Shown here in pieces: positions 28,938 to 37,803 of a stretch of DNA of 54,892 bases. Position 1 is the stretch's first letter. The number at the start of each line of letters is the position of its first letter. Position numbers and translations under genes: made by a program. Origin of the DNA: Candidatus Sericytochromatia bacterium (GTDB lineage Bacteria > Cyanobacteriota > Sericytochromatia > S15B-MN24 > JAQBPE01). The stretch lies in assembly GCA_035285125.1 (NCBI GenBank), contig JAYKHR010000091.1, positions 1-54,892 of the forward strand, written 5' to 3'. Under the pieces are notes generated by a model that was not told the origin of the DNA, did not search any database, and saw only the letters and a list, made by a program, of their open reading frames with translations.

Positions 28938-29938
28938 ACGACCTCGAGCTGGCCCAGCGCTTCGTGACGACCCTGGCCGCCTTCGTGGCGGGGGGCGCCG
29001 CGACCATCGTCGCCGCCCGCCTGGCCGGCCGCCGCCGCGTCGCCGTGGCCCCCGCTGGCGGGGGCGAGGCGCCCGAGGCGGCCGCGCCCCCGCCAGCCGT
29101 GGTTCGCACGCCCATGTGGCTCCGGCTCGGCACCCTGCTCGCCCTCGCCGTGGCCGTGTTCGTGCCCGCCTACCTCGGCACTGCGGCCTGGACCGCGGTG
29201 GTGGGGCTGCTGGTGGCCGTGGGGCTCGGGGAGTTCTGGCGCATGCTCGCCGCTGCCGGCCTGGCCGCCCACCCGCTGGTGGGCTGGGGGGCTGGCCTGC
29301 TGCTGCCGCTGGCGGCTGGCCTTGGCGGGGCAACCTGGCTGACGCCTGCGCTGGTTCTCGCTTTCGCCGTCGTGGCCACGACGGCCCTCTTCGCCCGCCA
29401 CGAGGCGCCCTTGCCCCAGCGGCTGGGCGGGACCTGGCTCGGCGTCTGCTACGTGGGCCTGCAGGGGGCCTTCCTGGTGCTCCTCCAGCGGGCCGGCGAG
29501 CAGGGGGCGGCGGCCCTCGGCGCCGGCGCCTTCGGGGTCCTGGTGTTCTTCCTGATGGTCGTGCAACTGGCCGACGTCGGTGGCCTGCTGGGCGGGGTAC
29601 TTTTCGGGCGCCGCAAGCTCGTGCCGCGCCTGAGCCCTGGCAAGACCTGGGAGGGGCTGGCCGGCAGCGTGCTGGTCGCGCTGCTCGGCGCGTGGGCCTT
29701 TGCCTTCGCGCTGCCGGGCGTGCCCCTCGGCTGGCTGCTGGGCTTGGCCGCCGGGCTGGCGCTCGCCGGGCTGGTCGGCGATCTGCTTGCCTCAGGCTTC
29801 AAGCGCGCGGCCGGGCTGAAGGACTTCGGAGCCATCCTGCCGGGCCACGGGGGCGTGCTGGATCGCTTCGACGGCTACTTGTTCACGGCCCCGCTCGGCT
29901 GGGCCGCGCTGGAGCTGTGGCTCGTCCTGAACCGCTGA
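28934..29938 (+). CDS. cdsA: Phosphatidate cytidylyltransferase (CDP-DAG synthase)
   Basis: SPGKTWEG and GDLLASGFKRAAGLKDFGAILPGHGGVLDRFDG; multiple TM helices; GTGA overlap with the pssA stop. Confidence 0.92.
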   Translation: MNDLELAQRFVTTLAAFVAGGAATIVAARLAGRRRVAVAPAGGGEAPEAAAPPPAVVRTPMWLRLGTLLALAVAVFVPAYLGTAAWTAVVGLLVAVGLGEFWRMLAAAGLAAHPLVGWGAGLLLPLAAGLGGATWLTPALVLAFAVVATTALFARHEAPLPQRLGGTWLGVCYVGLQGAFLVLLQRAGEQGAAALGAGAFGVLVFFLMVVQLADVGGLLGGVLFGRRKLVPRLSPGKTWEGLAGSVLVALLGAWAFAFALPGVPLGWLLGLAAGLALAGLVGDLLASGFKRAAGLKDFGAILPGHGGVLDRFDGYLFTAPLGWAALELWLVLNR

Positions 29939-29947
29939 TGGCGCGGC

Positions 29948-30325
29948 TTAACCCCCTGAGTCCGAGCCGCTGCCCAGGCAGGCCGTCGTCAGCAAGCCCT
30001 GCCGGGCCTCCTCCGACAGCTGCCGGAAGCAGGCCAACAGCTTCTGCTCGTCGGCCGTCAGGTCCGACACGACCGTGAAGCCGGCGAGCCGGAGCAAGGG
30101 GTCGGGGGGGACGGCGTAGATGCGGGCGAGCGCCCTCACGGTGTTGTAGCTCGGCTGGATCGCGCGCCCGGTGTGGGCGTCGACCCCCCTCTCGAGTTCT
30201 GCGAGGCGCGAGTGCGACATCCGCAACTGGCTGGCCACACTCCGCAGCGATAGTCCCCGCTGCTGGCGCATGGTCCGTAAAATTTGGCCGATGGTTTCTT
30301 TCTGCTCACCCACATCAAGTAGCAT
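29948..30325 (-). CDS. XRE-family HTH transcriptional regulator
   Basis: LRTMRQQRGLSLRSVASQLRMSHSRLAELERG...PSYNTVRALARIY; C-terminal DEQKLLACFRQLS; exact start uncertain. Confidence 0.85.
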   Translation of the reverse strand: MLLDVGEQKETIGQILRTMRQQRGLSLRSVASQLRMSHSRLAELERGVDAHTGRAIQPSYNTVRALARIYAVPPDPLLRLAGFTVVSDLTADEQKLLACFRQLSEEARQGLLTTACLGSGSDSGG

Positions 30326-30427
30326 AAACCCGCACAGTGTGGCTGTCCGCACTGTTTCGCCCGTTTCGATTTGGTTATATGTGCGGGCCAGATATACGAC
30401 GGGGCGTTCGTCGCTGGCCCGCCTGCC

Positions 30428-31342
30428 TCAGGGTGTGCGGCGTGCGATGGCCTCGCCTGCCCGGATCTTGACCTCGAGCCCCTGCGCCGAGTCTGCGACG
30501 AGGTCGGCGTCGAAGGCGAGGCGCCCGGGCTCGAACAGCATCACCACGGTGGAGCCCCCGTAGCGGAACAGGCCCTTCTCGTCGCCGCGCTCGACGCGGC
30601 CGGGGCGGGCCGTCTGGACGATGGTGCCGATCGTGATGGCGCCCACCTCCACGAAGGCGAGCCGACCGAAGTGGTCGCTGTCCAGGTAGGTCACGGCCCG
30701 CTTGTTGCGGCAGAACAGGTCCGGCACCTGGGCGAGGGCGATCGGGTTCACCGAGTCGTATCCGCCCGGCACTTCCCGCGTGGGGCCGAGGCTGCCGCCG
30801 TCCGGGAGGTGGAAACGGTGGTAGTCGGGCGGCGCCAGGCGCAGCACCAGCGCGGCGCCGCCGGCGAAGGCCTCGGCCTCCGGGGCGGAGTCGAGCAGGG
30901 CTGCCGGCGAGCAGGCCGTGCCCTTGATGGGCAGCCGGGTGTCGCGATCGAGGGTGGGGTAGACCAGCAGCTTGCCGTCGCCAGGCGCGCCGAACAGCGT
31001 GGGATCGGTGGGCCAGGTGCGGGCGCCTGGCTTCAGCTTGCGCGTGAAGAAGTCGTTGAAGTGCCTGTAGGCCTCCGCCGGCCGCTCGGCTTCGGCGAGG
31101 TCCACGCCGAACCGGGCGATGAAGGGGGCGATGAGGCGCCGGCTCGGGGGCGCGTCCATGCGCAGGCCGTAGAGGGTGCAGAACAGCTTGTTGTTCAGCA
31201 ACCAGCGGAAGGTGAGGCGGCCGAGGGGCGCCTCGTAGAGCCAGCGGAGGGTGTCCTCCGCGAAGATGGGCTCGTCGATGACGGCGCCGCTGCGGCGGTC
31301 GCGGTGGCGCACGGGGGGGGCTTGCGTGCTGGACGGCGTCAT
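30428..31342 (-). CDS. psd: Phosphatidylserine decarboxylase proenzyme
   Basis: FNDFFTRKLKPGAR, RLAPPDYHRFH, NKR, and self-cleavage motif GGST. Confidence 0.93.
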   Translation of the reverse strand: MTPSSTQAPPVRHRDRRSGAVIDEPIFAEDTLRWLYEAPLGRLTFRWLLNNKLFCTLYGLRMDAPPSRRLIAPFIARFGVDLAEAERPAEAYRHFNDFFTRKLKPGARTWPTDPTLFGAPGDGKLLVYPTLDRDTRLPIKGTACSPAALLDSAPEAEAFAGGAALVLRLAPPDYHRFHLPDGGSLGPTREVPGGYDSVNPIALAQVPDLFCRNKRAVTYLDSDHFGRLAFVEVGAITIGTIVQTARPGRVERGDEKGLFRYGGSTVVMLFEPGRLAFDADLVADSAQGLEVKIRAGEAIARRTP

Positions 31343-31348
31343 GGGGTC

Positions 31349-31358
31349 AGGATACCAT
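31349..31358. promoter_or_regulatory. Overlapping divergent -10 elements for psd and the hydrolase
   Basis: Minus: TG-G-TATCCT 6 nt before the psd ATG; plus: TACCAT (31353-31358) 10 nt before ATG 31369. Confidence 0.5.
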
Positions 31359-31368
31359 GGGGGCCCAG

Positions 31369-32475
31369 ATGCCCACGCTTGCCCCGCCGCTGCTTCCCAG
31401 CCTCGACGCGCTGGACTTCCTGGCCGACATGACGGCGGCCGGGCGCCCGAGCAGGCTCACGCGGCGCACGGCGCCCCCGACGCGCACCCCGATCGCCGTG
31501 CCGCTGCCGGGCGGTGGCACCAACGCGGCCGACGTGTACCTGGGCGAGGGGGCCCCCCGGTGCGGGCTGCTGCTGGTGCCCGGCGTGGCCCGCGGCGGCA
31601 AGGACGAACCCCGTATGGTGGCGCTGGCGGGACGCTTCGCCAGGCTCGGCTTCGCGGTGCTCGTGCCGCACCTCGAGACGCTGAACGAGCTCAACGTCCG
31701 TCCCCACCACCGGGACCTGATCGTGGCGAGCTTCGCCCACCTGGCGGCGCGACGCGACTGGTGTCCGGACGGCCGGGCGGGCATCGGGGGGCTCAGCTTC
31801 GCGATGGGCACGGGCACGCTCGCGGCGCTCGACCCGGCGATCGCGCCGCTCGTGCGCTTCATCTTCTGCATCGGGGGCTACTTCGACATCCTGGCGCAGT
31901 GCCGCTACCTGACCACCGGCTGGCACCAGCCCGTGGGGCCAGGGGGAAGGCGGGGCGAGTGGGTGCGGACGCCGCCCGACCACTATGGCCGCTGGGTGAT
32001 CGGCGCGAGCCTTGCCACGCACATCGGCGACCAGGTCTCGCAGCATGCGTTCCGGGCGATGGTCGAGCGGCGGTTGCCGGATGCCTCGGCCCCCCTCGAC
32101 GAGTTGGAGGCCGCCCTGGCCGATCCCGACGCCCGGGCGCTGCTGGCTTACGTGGATCGAAACTCCCGGGAGGCCTACGAGGCGCGTTGGGATGCCCTGC
32201 CTGTGCGGATGCGGCAGGATCTGCACGACCTGGACGTCGCCACGCGCGACCTCTCGCCGCTGCGGGCCCGGCTGATCCTCGTGCACGGGCTCATCGACAA
32301 CCTGATTCCGCCGGGCCAGAGTGCGGCGCTGCACCACGCGGTGCCGCCCGGACAGTCCCACCTGTACCTGGTGGGGGGCCTGCGCCACGTGACCATGCAG
32401 CGGCCCGGCCCGCTGTCCGTCTACAGGCTGCTGGCCGCCGTCACGGATTTGCTGAGCGAGCGGGCCGCGCCCTGA
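31369..32475 (+). CDS. Alpha/beta-fold hydrolase
   Basis: LLVPG oxyanion region, GLSFA nucleophile elbow, HGLIDNLIP (Asp) and GLRHV (His); start is 31357 or 31369. Confidence 0.7.
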   Translation: MPTLAPPLLPSLDALDFLADMTAAGRPSRLTRRTAPPTRTPIAVPLPGGGTNAADVYLGEGAPRCGLLLVPGVARGGKDEPRMVALAGRFARLGFAVLVPHLETLNELNVRPHHRDLIVASFAHLAARRDWCPDGRAGIGGLSFAMGTGTLAALDPAIAPLVRFIFCIGGYFDILAQCRYLTTGWHQPVGPGGRRGEWVRTPPDHYGRWVIGASLATHIGDQVSQHAFRAMVERRLPDASAPLDELEAALADPDARALLAYVDRNSREAYEARWDALPVRMRQDLHDLDVATRDLSPLRARLILVHGLIDNLIPPGQSAALHHAVPPGQSHLYLVGGLRHVTMQRPGPLSVYRLLAAVTDLLSERAAP

Positions 32476-32487
32476 GGCCTATTGCGT

Positions 32488-33093
32488 TCAGACGCTGCCG
32501 GCGCCGGCCGGCTCGCCGGCGAGCACCTCGGCCCGCGGTGAGCGGCACGAGAAGCTGATGGCCGGGGGCACGTTGCGGAACGTCCACCGCCAGTGGAGGT
32601 CCGCGAAGTACTGCCCCAGGTGGCCCGTCATGAAGTGCGTGTACTGGTACAGCTGAAAGAGCCCGCCGGGCTTCAGCGCCTGGCAGGTCTCGCGCAGGAT
32701 CTGGTGGCGCAAGTCGGCCGGCAACGAGGTGAACGGGAGGCCGGAGACCACCGTGTCGGGGGCGCCGAGGCCGTGGTCCTGCAGGTGGCGCCGCACCTCC
32801 GCGGCGCTGCCGTGGATCAGGATCAGGCGCGGATCCGAGAAGCGCGCCTTCATCTCGGCATGGAAGTCGTCCCCCAGCTCGATGCAGACGAGCCGCGCCT
32901 CGGGGTGCAGGCGCCGCAGTAGCTCGTCAGTGAACACCCCGGTGCCGGGGCCGTACTCGACGATGAGCCGCGCCGTCGAGAAGTCGATCTCGGACAGCAT
33001 GGCAGCCACGAGGTGCCGCGAGCTGGGAAACAGCGATCCGACAGCCGTCGGGTTGGCCAGGAAGCCCTTGAAAAACAGCAGCGCCTCGCGCAT
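32488..33093 (-). CDS. pmtA: SAM-dependent phospholipid N-methyltransferase, PmtA (Sinorhizobium-type) family
   Basis: VGSLFPSS, VEYGPGTGVFT, VVSGLPFTSLP, NVPPA; TATAAT upstream at 33144-33149. Confidence 0.78.
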   Translation of the reverse strand: MREALLFFKGFLANPTAVGSLFPSSRHLVAAMLSEIDFSTARLIVEYGPGTGVFTDELLRRLHPEARLVCIELGDDFHAEMKARFSDPRLILIHGSAAEVRRHLQDHGLGAPDTVVSGLPFTSLPADLRHQILRETCQALKPGGLFQLYQYTHFMTGHLGQYFADLHWRWTFRNVPPAISFSCRSPRAEVLAGEPAGAGSV

Positions 33094-33155
33094 CGGATCC
33101 CTTTCACGCTGGGGCCAGGGGGCCCCGAACGGGGCGAGCCGTCATTATAGCCGAA

Positions 33156-33869
33156 CTAGGGCAGGTGGGCCCCCAGCACGGCGGCCCAGCGGCTGTAGCC
33201 CGCGGCCGAGAGGTGGAGGCCGTCCGCGCTCAGGCTATCCGCTGGCGCCAGGGCAGGGCGCAAATCGAGCCAGGCGGCGCCGAGGCCGGTCGCCAGCCCG
33301 GGCAACGCGTCGTTCACCGCGTCGATGCGGGGCTGGTGGTGGGCCCCCACCACCTCGGGGGCGACGGGCAGCAGGCTCTGGACCAGCAGCGGCGTCTGAG
33401 GGGCTGCGGCCCGGAGGTCTCCGATCAGGTGCCGGAGGTCGCCCAGCACCGCGTCCGGGCTTCGCCCGGCGAGCAGATCGTTGATGCCGATCAGCACCGC
33501 GATCGCCCGGGGCGGCCCGGCGACGAGGGGGGCGAGGCGCTGCCGCACCCCTGCCACGGTGTCGCCCGCGATGCCCCGGTTCAGCACCAGGAGCCCCGGC
33601 AGCAGCTCGGTCCAGGGCCCGAACTCCGTCAGGCTGTCGCCCACCAGCACGACGTGCGAGCGCGTGGCCGGGTGGGCCGCGTACAGGTCGGCGCGTGTCT
33701 GCCAGTGCGGTGAAGGCCCAGCCGGCTCCGTCGGCTCCAGCCCCAAGAGCCCCCGTGCCAGCCTTTGCGCCCGTCGCCAGCCACCCTTGGTGTGCACCAG
33801 GGCCCCCACAGCCACCAGCCCAGCCACGTTCAGGCCCAGCGAGGCCCACATCCAGCCCGCCTGGCTCAC
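33156..33869 (-). CDS. SGNH/GDSL lipase-acylhydrolase
   Basis: GDSLT, NRGIAGD, GINDL and DGLHL blocks; N-terminal hydrophobic anchor. Confidence 0.88.
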   Translation of the reverse strand: MSQAGWMWASLGLNVAGLVAVGALVHTKGGWRRAQRLARGLLGLEPTEPAGPSPHWQTRADLYAAHPATRSHVVLVGDSLTEFGPWTELLPGLLVLNRGIAGDTVAGVRQRLAPLVAGPPRAIAVLIGINDLLAGRSPDAVLGDLRHLIGDLRAAAPQTPLLVQSLLPVAPEVVGAHHQPRIDAVNDALPGLATGLGAAWLDLRPALAPADSLSADGLHLSAAGYSRWAAVLGAHLP

Positions 33870-33885
33870 GGCGTGGCCGCTCCCG

Positions 33886-35694
33886 TCATGGGGCCACAGA
33901 GGCCTCGAACTCGGTGACGAGCTCGTCGATGTAGGCCAGGCCCTCGAGCCAGATTGCCGGCCGACGCGGATCGAGGTCCACCTTGGCGAGCAGGGCTCCG
34001 ATCGGCAGCGAGGTGCCCGCCTCCAGCAGCGAGAGGTACTTCGGCACGAAGGCCTGCCCCTCGGCCCGATGCTGGCGCAGCAGGGCGTAGACCAGCAGCT
34101 GGCCGAAGGCGTACGCGTAGTCGTAGAACGGGTGGCTCAGCAGGTGGTGGAACGTGACCCACTCCCAGCAGTCATGGTCGCCGAGCTCCACGGCGTCGCC
34201 ATACATCGACGTGATGCGGTCCGTCCAGATCCCGCAGTAGGCCGAGGCGGGCAGGCTGCCCGCGTGGCGCCGCGCGTAGGACACCAGCTGGAACCGCGTG
34301 AGGGCGACGGCCTTGAAGATCTTCAGGATGGCGGACTCGATCTGGCTGCCCAGCAGGGCCTGCCGCACCTCCTGCCGCACCTCGAGGGCGAGCAGGCGCT
34401 CGAAGGTGAGTGTCTCGGCGAAGGTGGACGGCGTCTCCATGAACAGCGTCAGCCGGTCGGCGTTGGTGATATTGTGGTGCCTTCCCCCGATCACGTTGTG
34501 GACGCCGTGACCCATTTCGTGGGCCATCACGATCACGTCCTTGAGCGTGAAGTTGTAGTTCAAGAAAAGGTAGGGGTGGAAGACCGGGCCCGCGCTGAGG
34601 CAGTAAGCCCCGGCGCGCTTGCCCGTGCGCGAGAAGGCGTCGATGTAGCGGTCGTCGAAGAAGCCCCGCGCCACGTTGCCCATGTCTTCGCTGAACGAGC
34701 CGAACGAGTCGATGACGATGTCTCGGCCTTCCTCGAAGGAGATGAAGCTGGAACTCCCGGGGTAGATGGCGCGGATGTCGTGGCCGCGCAACACGGGCAG
34801 GCCCAGCAGCCGGGCCTTCGCGCGGAAGTAGCGCTGCACGAGCGCGTGCTGGGACTCGACGGCATCGAGCAGCACCTCGATGGCCTCGGGGGCGAGGTTC
34901 TCCTCCGCACACAGGGGGGCGAGGGGGTGGTCGTAGCCGCGCAGCGTGATCTTGTGGCGCCAGTTCTCGAACAGCGCGTTGTACACGAAGGTGAGCACGC
35001 GGGCGTGCTGGGCGTGCAGGCGGAGCGTCTCGTTGAAGGCAGCCTCGCGCTCCTCCCGGTTGCCGACCTCGCGGATGGCATAGGCCTGGGAGATGGTCAT
35101 CTCCTCCGGGTGCCCCGGGAGGTCCAGCCGGACGCGAAAATCCGCGGTGGTCTCGAAGTAGAGCTGCGACCAGGCCTGCGCGCTTGTGACGTCCTTCATG
35201 GCCAGGATCTTCTCGGAACGCTCATCGAGGGCGTGGGCCGCCTGGCGGCGAAGCCGACCCAGGTGGTCCCGGTAGAGCGCGAGCTCCGGCGCTGCCTGCA
35301 GCCGCTCGAAGGCCTCGTCCGTCATCCGCTGCAGCTCGATCTCGACGAACATCGCCTCCTGGCGGATGTCGGGCAGATCGCCCTGGACGCGGGCGTAGAG
35401 GTTCTTGTTGGCCTGGGTTTGGGTGTCCGCGGAGAACAGGAGGTAGGCATAGCCGAACAGCCTGGCGAGCACCGCCGCGAGCTCGTCGCAGCGGTCGAGC
35501 ACCAGTCGCAGTTCGGCGGGCGACAGCTCGGCCACCTGCCCCGCATAGGCAGCCTGGAGCGTCCTCGCGAGCTTGCGGGCCTCGTCGAGGTCAGCCTCGA
35601 TGCGCGGGTCGTCCGGCGCGGCATACAGCCGCGACAGATCCCACTGGTACGGGGCGTCGGAGGCTTCCGACTCTAGGTCAGGATGGAGGGTCAT
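33886..35694 (-). CDS. pepF: M3B oligoendopeptidase F
   Basis: WDLSRLY, GKRAGAYC, AHEMGHGVH, ETPSTFAE, FYDYAYAFG. Confidence 0.9.
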   Translation of the reverse strand: MTLHPDLESEASDAPYQWDLSRLYAAPDDPRIEADLDEARKLARTLQAAYAGQVAELSPAELRLVLDRCDELAAVLARLFGYAYLLFSADTQTQANKNLYARVQGDLPDIRQEAMFVEIELQRMTDEAFERLQAAPELALYRDHLGRLRRQAAHALDERSEKILAMKDVTSAQAWSQLYFETTADFRVRLDLPGHPEEMTISQAYAIREVGNREEREAAFNETLRLHAQHARVLTFVYNALFENWRHKITLRGYDHPLAPLCAEENLAPEAIEVLLDAVESQHALVQRYFRAKARLLGLPVLRGHDIRAIYPGSSSFISFEEGRDIVIDSFGSFSEDMGNVARGFFDDRYIDAFSRTGKRAGAYCLSAGPVFHPYLFLNYNFTLKDVIVMAHEMGHGVHNVIGGRHHNITNADRLTLFMETPSTFAETLTFERLLALEVRQEVRQALLGSQIESAILKIFKAVALTRFQLVSYARRHAGSLPASAYCGIWTDRITSMYGDAVELGDHDCWEWVTFHHLLSHPFYDYAYAFGQLLVYALLRQHRAEGQAFVPKYLSLLEAGTSLPIGALLAKVDLDPRRPAIWLEGLAYIDELVTEFEASVAP

Positions 35695-35789
35695 CGATGG
35701 GCGTGGTGGCCGGCGGCGCAAGGGCGCTCACCTGCCTGCATTGTTCCCAGGCAGCGGCCGTTCCTCTCCGATGGCGTGGGGCGCCCGCA

Positions 35790-37589
35790 TCACGGATAGA
35801 AATACAGGATCCTGCCCTTGCTGCCACCTTCAGACACGTAGCAAGTCGCTTGCTGTTCGCCGTCCCCGACGTCCTCGAGGAACCAGACCACGTCGAGTGG
35901 CTCTCCCAAGGCGGTGTCGCCTTCGTCGTCCGTCGGCCGCGGCGCCCCGGCCCCCCCCGCCACCGTGGTCACCGTCCCGTCCTGCGCCACGCGCCGGATG
36001 CACCGGTTGCCCCGGTCCGCCACGTACAGGTTGCCGTCGCGGTCCACACCCAGCCCCTGCGGCGACGAGAACTGCGCTGTGCCGCCCGGGCCGTCCAGGT
36101 GCCCCGCAACGGAGCCGGCCAGCGTCGTGACGGTGCCGTCTGTGTGGACCCGACGGATGCGGTGGTTGCCGGTGTCGGCCACGAGCAGGTCGCCTCTGAA
36201 ATCGACGGCCAACCCCGTGGGGCCGTTGAAGCGCGCCTCCGGTCCGACGCCGTCGGCGAAGCCGGGCACCTCGGCCGAGCCCACCCAGACCTCGGAGATC
36301 TCCCCTGTGCCCGACCAACGTCGGATGCCGTGTTGGTTCTGGGAGGTGGTGTAGAGCGTGGTGCCCTCCTGGTTCGTGGCGAGGTGACGGGGGGCGCGGA
36401 AATTCACCGCGATCCCGCCGAACCGAACAGGCTCCGGCGGCACCGACTTAGGCCGGGACGACTGCCAGACCTCGTTGCCGCCAGAGGCCGTGACGAAGAG
36501 CTGGCCTCCCCCAAACGCCAGGTCCCAGGGGGCTGACGGGCCTCGGTCTTCCCAGCCCAGCACCCCGAGGTTATTGTCCTCCCAGATCCTGATAACCTGG
36601 TTGCCTGCCGCGTCCGCCGCATAGAGCCAGCCGTCGGGCCCCTCCGCCAGGCTGCCGAGGCCCCCGACGGCCACGTCGGCTTGCCGGAAGGCTGCGGGCT
36701 TGACGTAGGGATAAATCCGGGCGGGCAGGAGGGGGGGCAATGGCCCGCCATCCCCTCCCGGTTGCTGGCTGGTTGCACCGTCCGGGGCGTCCTCGTCATC
36801 GGGCGGTGTCGTGGCCTCGCCCGAAGCCCCCAAGGCATGGCCCCGCTCGAGCGCCTCCACCTTGGCCGACAGCCGGGACACCTCGGCCCGCAGCTCCCCG
36901 ACCAGGCCGCGCAGCTCGTCGACGTCCTGTGCCAGGCGGGCCATCGCGGCCCGCACGGCCAACATGTCCGTGAAGTCGGGCAGGCGGTCCGCCGTGACGC
37001 TGCGTGCCGTGAGCTCGGTGGCCGTGCGAAACGTGGCCGGGTTGAACCCGCCGAGGTCGCCGCCCTTGAGCCCCTCGATGAGGTTGACGGTCACGAGGGT
37101 GGTCGCGTGGTCGAGCACCGTCGACGCCCCGGCCTCCGTGACGCGCACGAGGCTCCTGAAGATGCCGCGCTTGCCACCGGTGGCGGGCACCTCGGCCACC
37201 ACCATGAAGGTGCCGGTCGGCGCGTTCCGCAACCTGAACCTCCCTTGCGGGTTCGTCACGGCGGGTGGCGCGGCCGGGATGGCCTGGCCCCCCGCGTCTG
37301 CCAGGTAAACGCGAGCGCCACGCAGCTCGCGCAGATCCAGGCCTAGCAGCCGCCTCGCCGCAGCAGCCGTCGGGCGGAGCGTGCCGCCGTCCACGCCAAT
37401 CAGGGTGCCGCCATCTGGGCCCACGAGCTGTGCCGGCACGCGCACCACGCCCAGGACCTCCGTGACGCGGGCTGCGACCCCGGGGCGCGCCTGGGCCTGG
37501 GGCGCCCCACCGGGGGGCGCCCCAGGCTGGCAGGCCAGCACGGCCAGGGCCGCGCCAAGCACCCCGAGATGCCGGATGTCGTTCAACAT
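35790..37589 (-). CDS. NHL-repeat (beta-propeller) lipoprotein with coiled coil
   Basis: GGAGG RBS before ATG 37589; lipobox VLAC; FNGPTGLAVD...VADTGNHRIRRV and FSSPQGLGVDRDGNLYVADRGNRCIRRV. Confidence 0.8.
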   Translation of the reverse strand: MLNDIRHLGVLGAALAVLACQPGAPPGGAPQAQARPGVAARVTEVLGVVRVPAQLVGPDGGTLIGVDGGTLRPTAAAARRLLGLDLRELRGARVYLADAGGQAIPAAPPAVTNPQGRFRLRNAPTGTFMVVAEVPATGGKRGIFRSLVRVTEAGASTVLDHATTLVTVNLIEGLKGGDLGGFNPATFRTATELTARSVTADRLPDFTDMLAVRAAMARLAQDVDELRGLVGELRAEVSRLSAKVEALERGHALGASGEATTPPDDEDAPDGATSQQPGGDGGPLPPLLPARIYPYVKPAAFRQADVAVGGLGSLAEGPDGWLYAADAAGNQVIRIWEDNNLGVLGWEDRGPSAPWDLAFGGGQLFVTASGGNEVWQSSRPKSVPPEPVRFGGIAVNFRAPRHLATNQEGTTLYTTSQNQHGIRRWSGTGEISEVWVGSAEVPGFADGVGPEARFNGPTGLAVDFRGDLLVADTGNHRIRRVHTDGTVTTLAGSVAGHLDGPGGTAQFSSPQGLGVDRDGNLYVADRGNRCIRRVAQDGTVTTVAGGAGAPRPTDDEGDTALGEPLDVVWFLEDVGDGEQQATCYVSEGGSKGRILYFYP

Positions 37590-37803
37590 TGCGAGCCTCC
37601 AACGGAACCCATACCCGGGGCGCGCCCGCGCCCCGCACCCCACACCGAGCCCGGCATCCGCATGACGATGCCGGCGAGGCCGAGGCCCGCCTGGCGACCA
37701 CCGCCGTGGCCTCGCCCCGGCCGCAGCCGCGAGGCCGGCGCGCCCTCCGGCTGGCCGACGGGGTGCGGACGCGCTACGATGTTGGCCCGAGGAGGTCCCG
37801 CAG

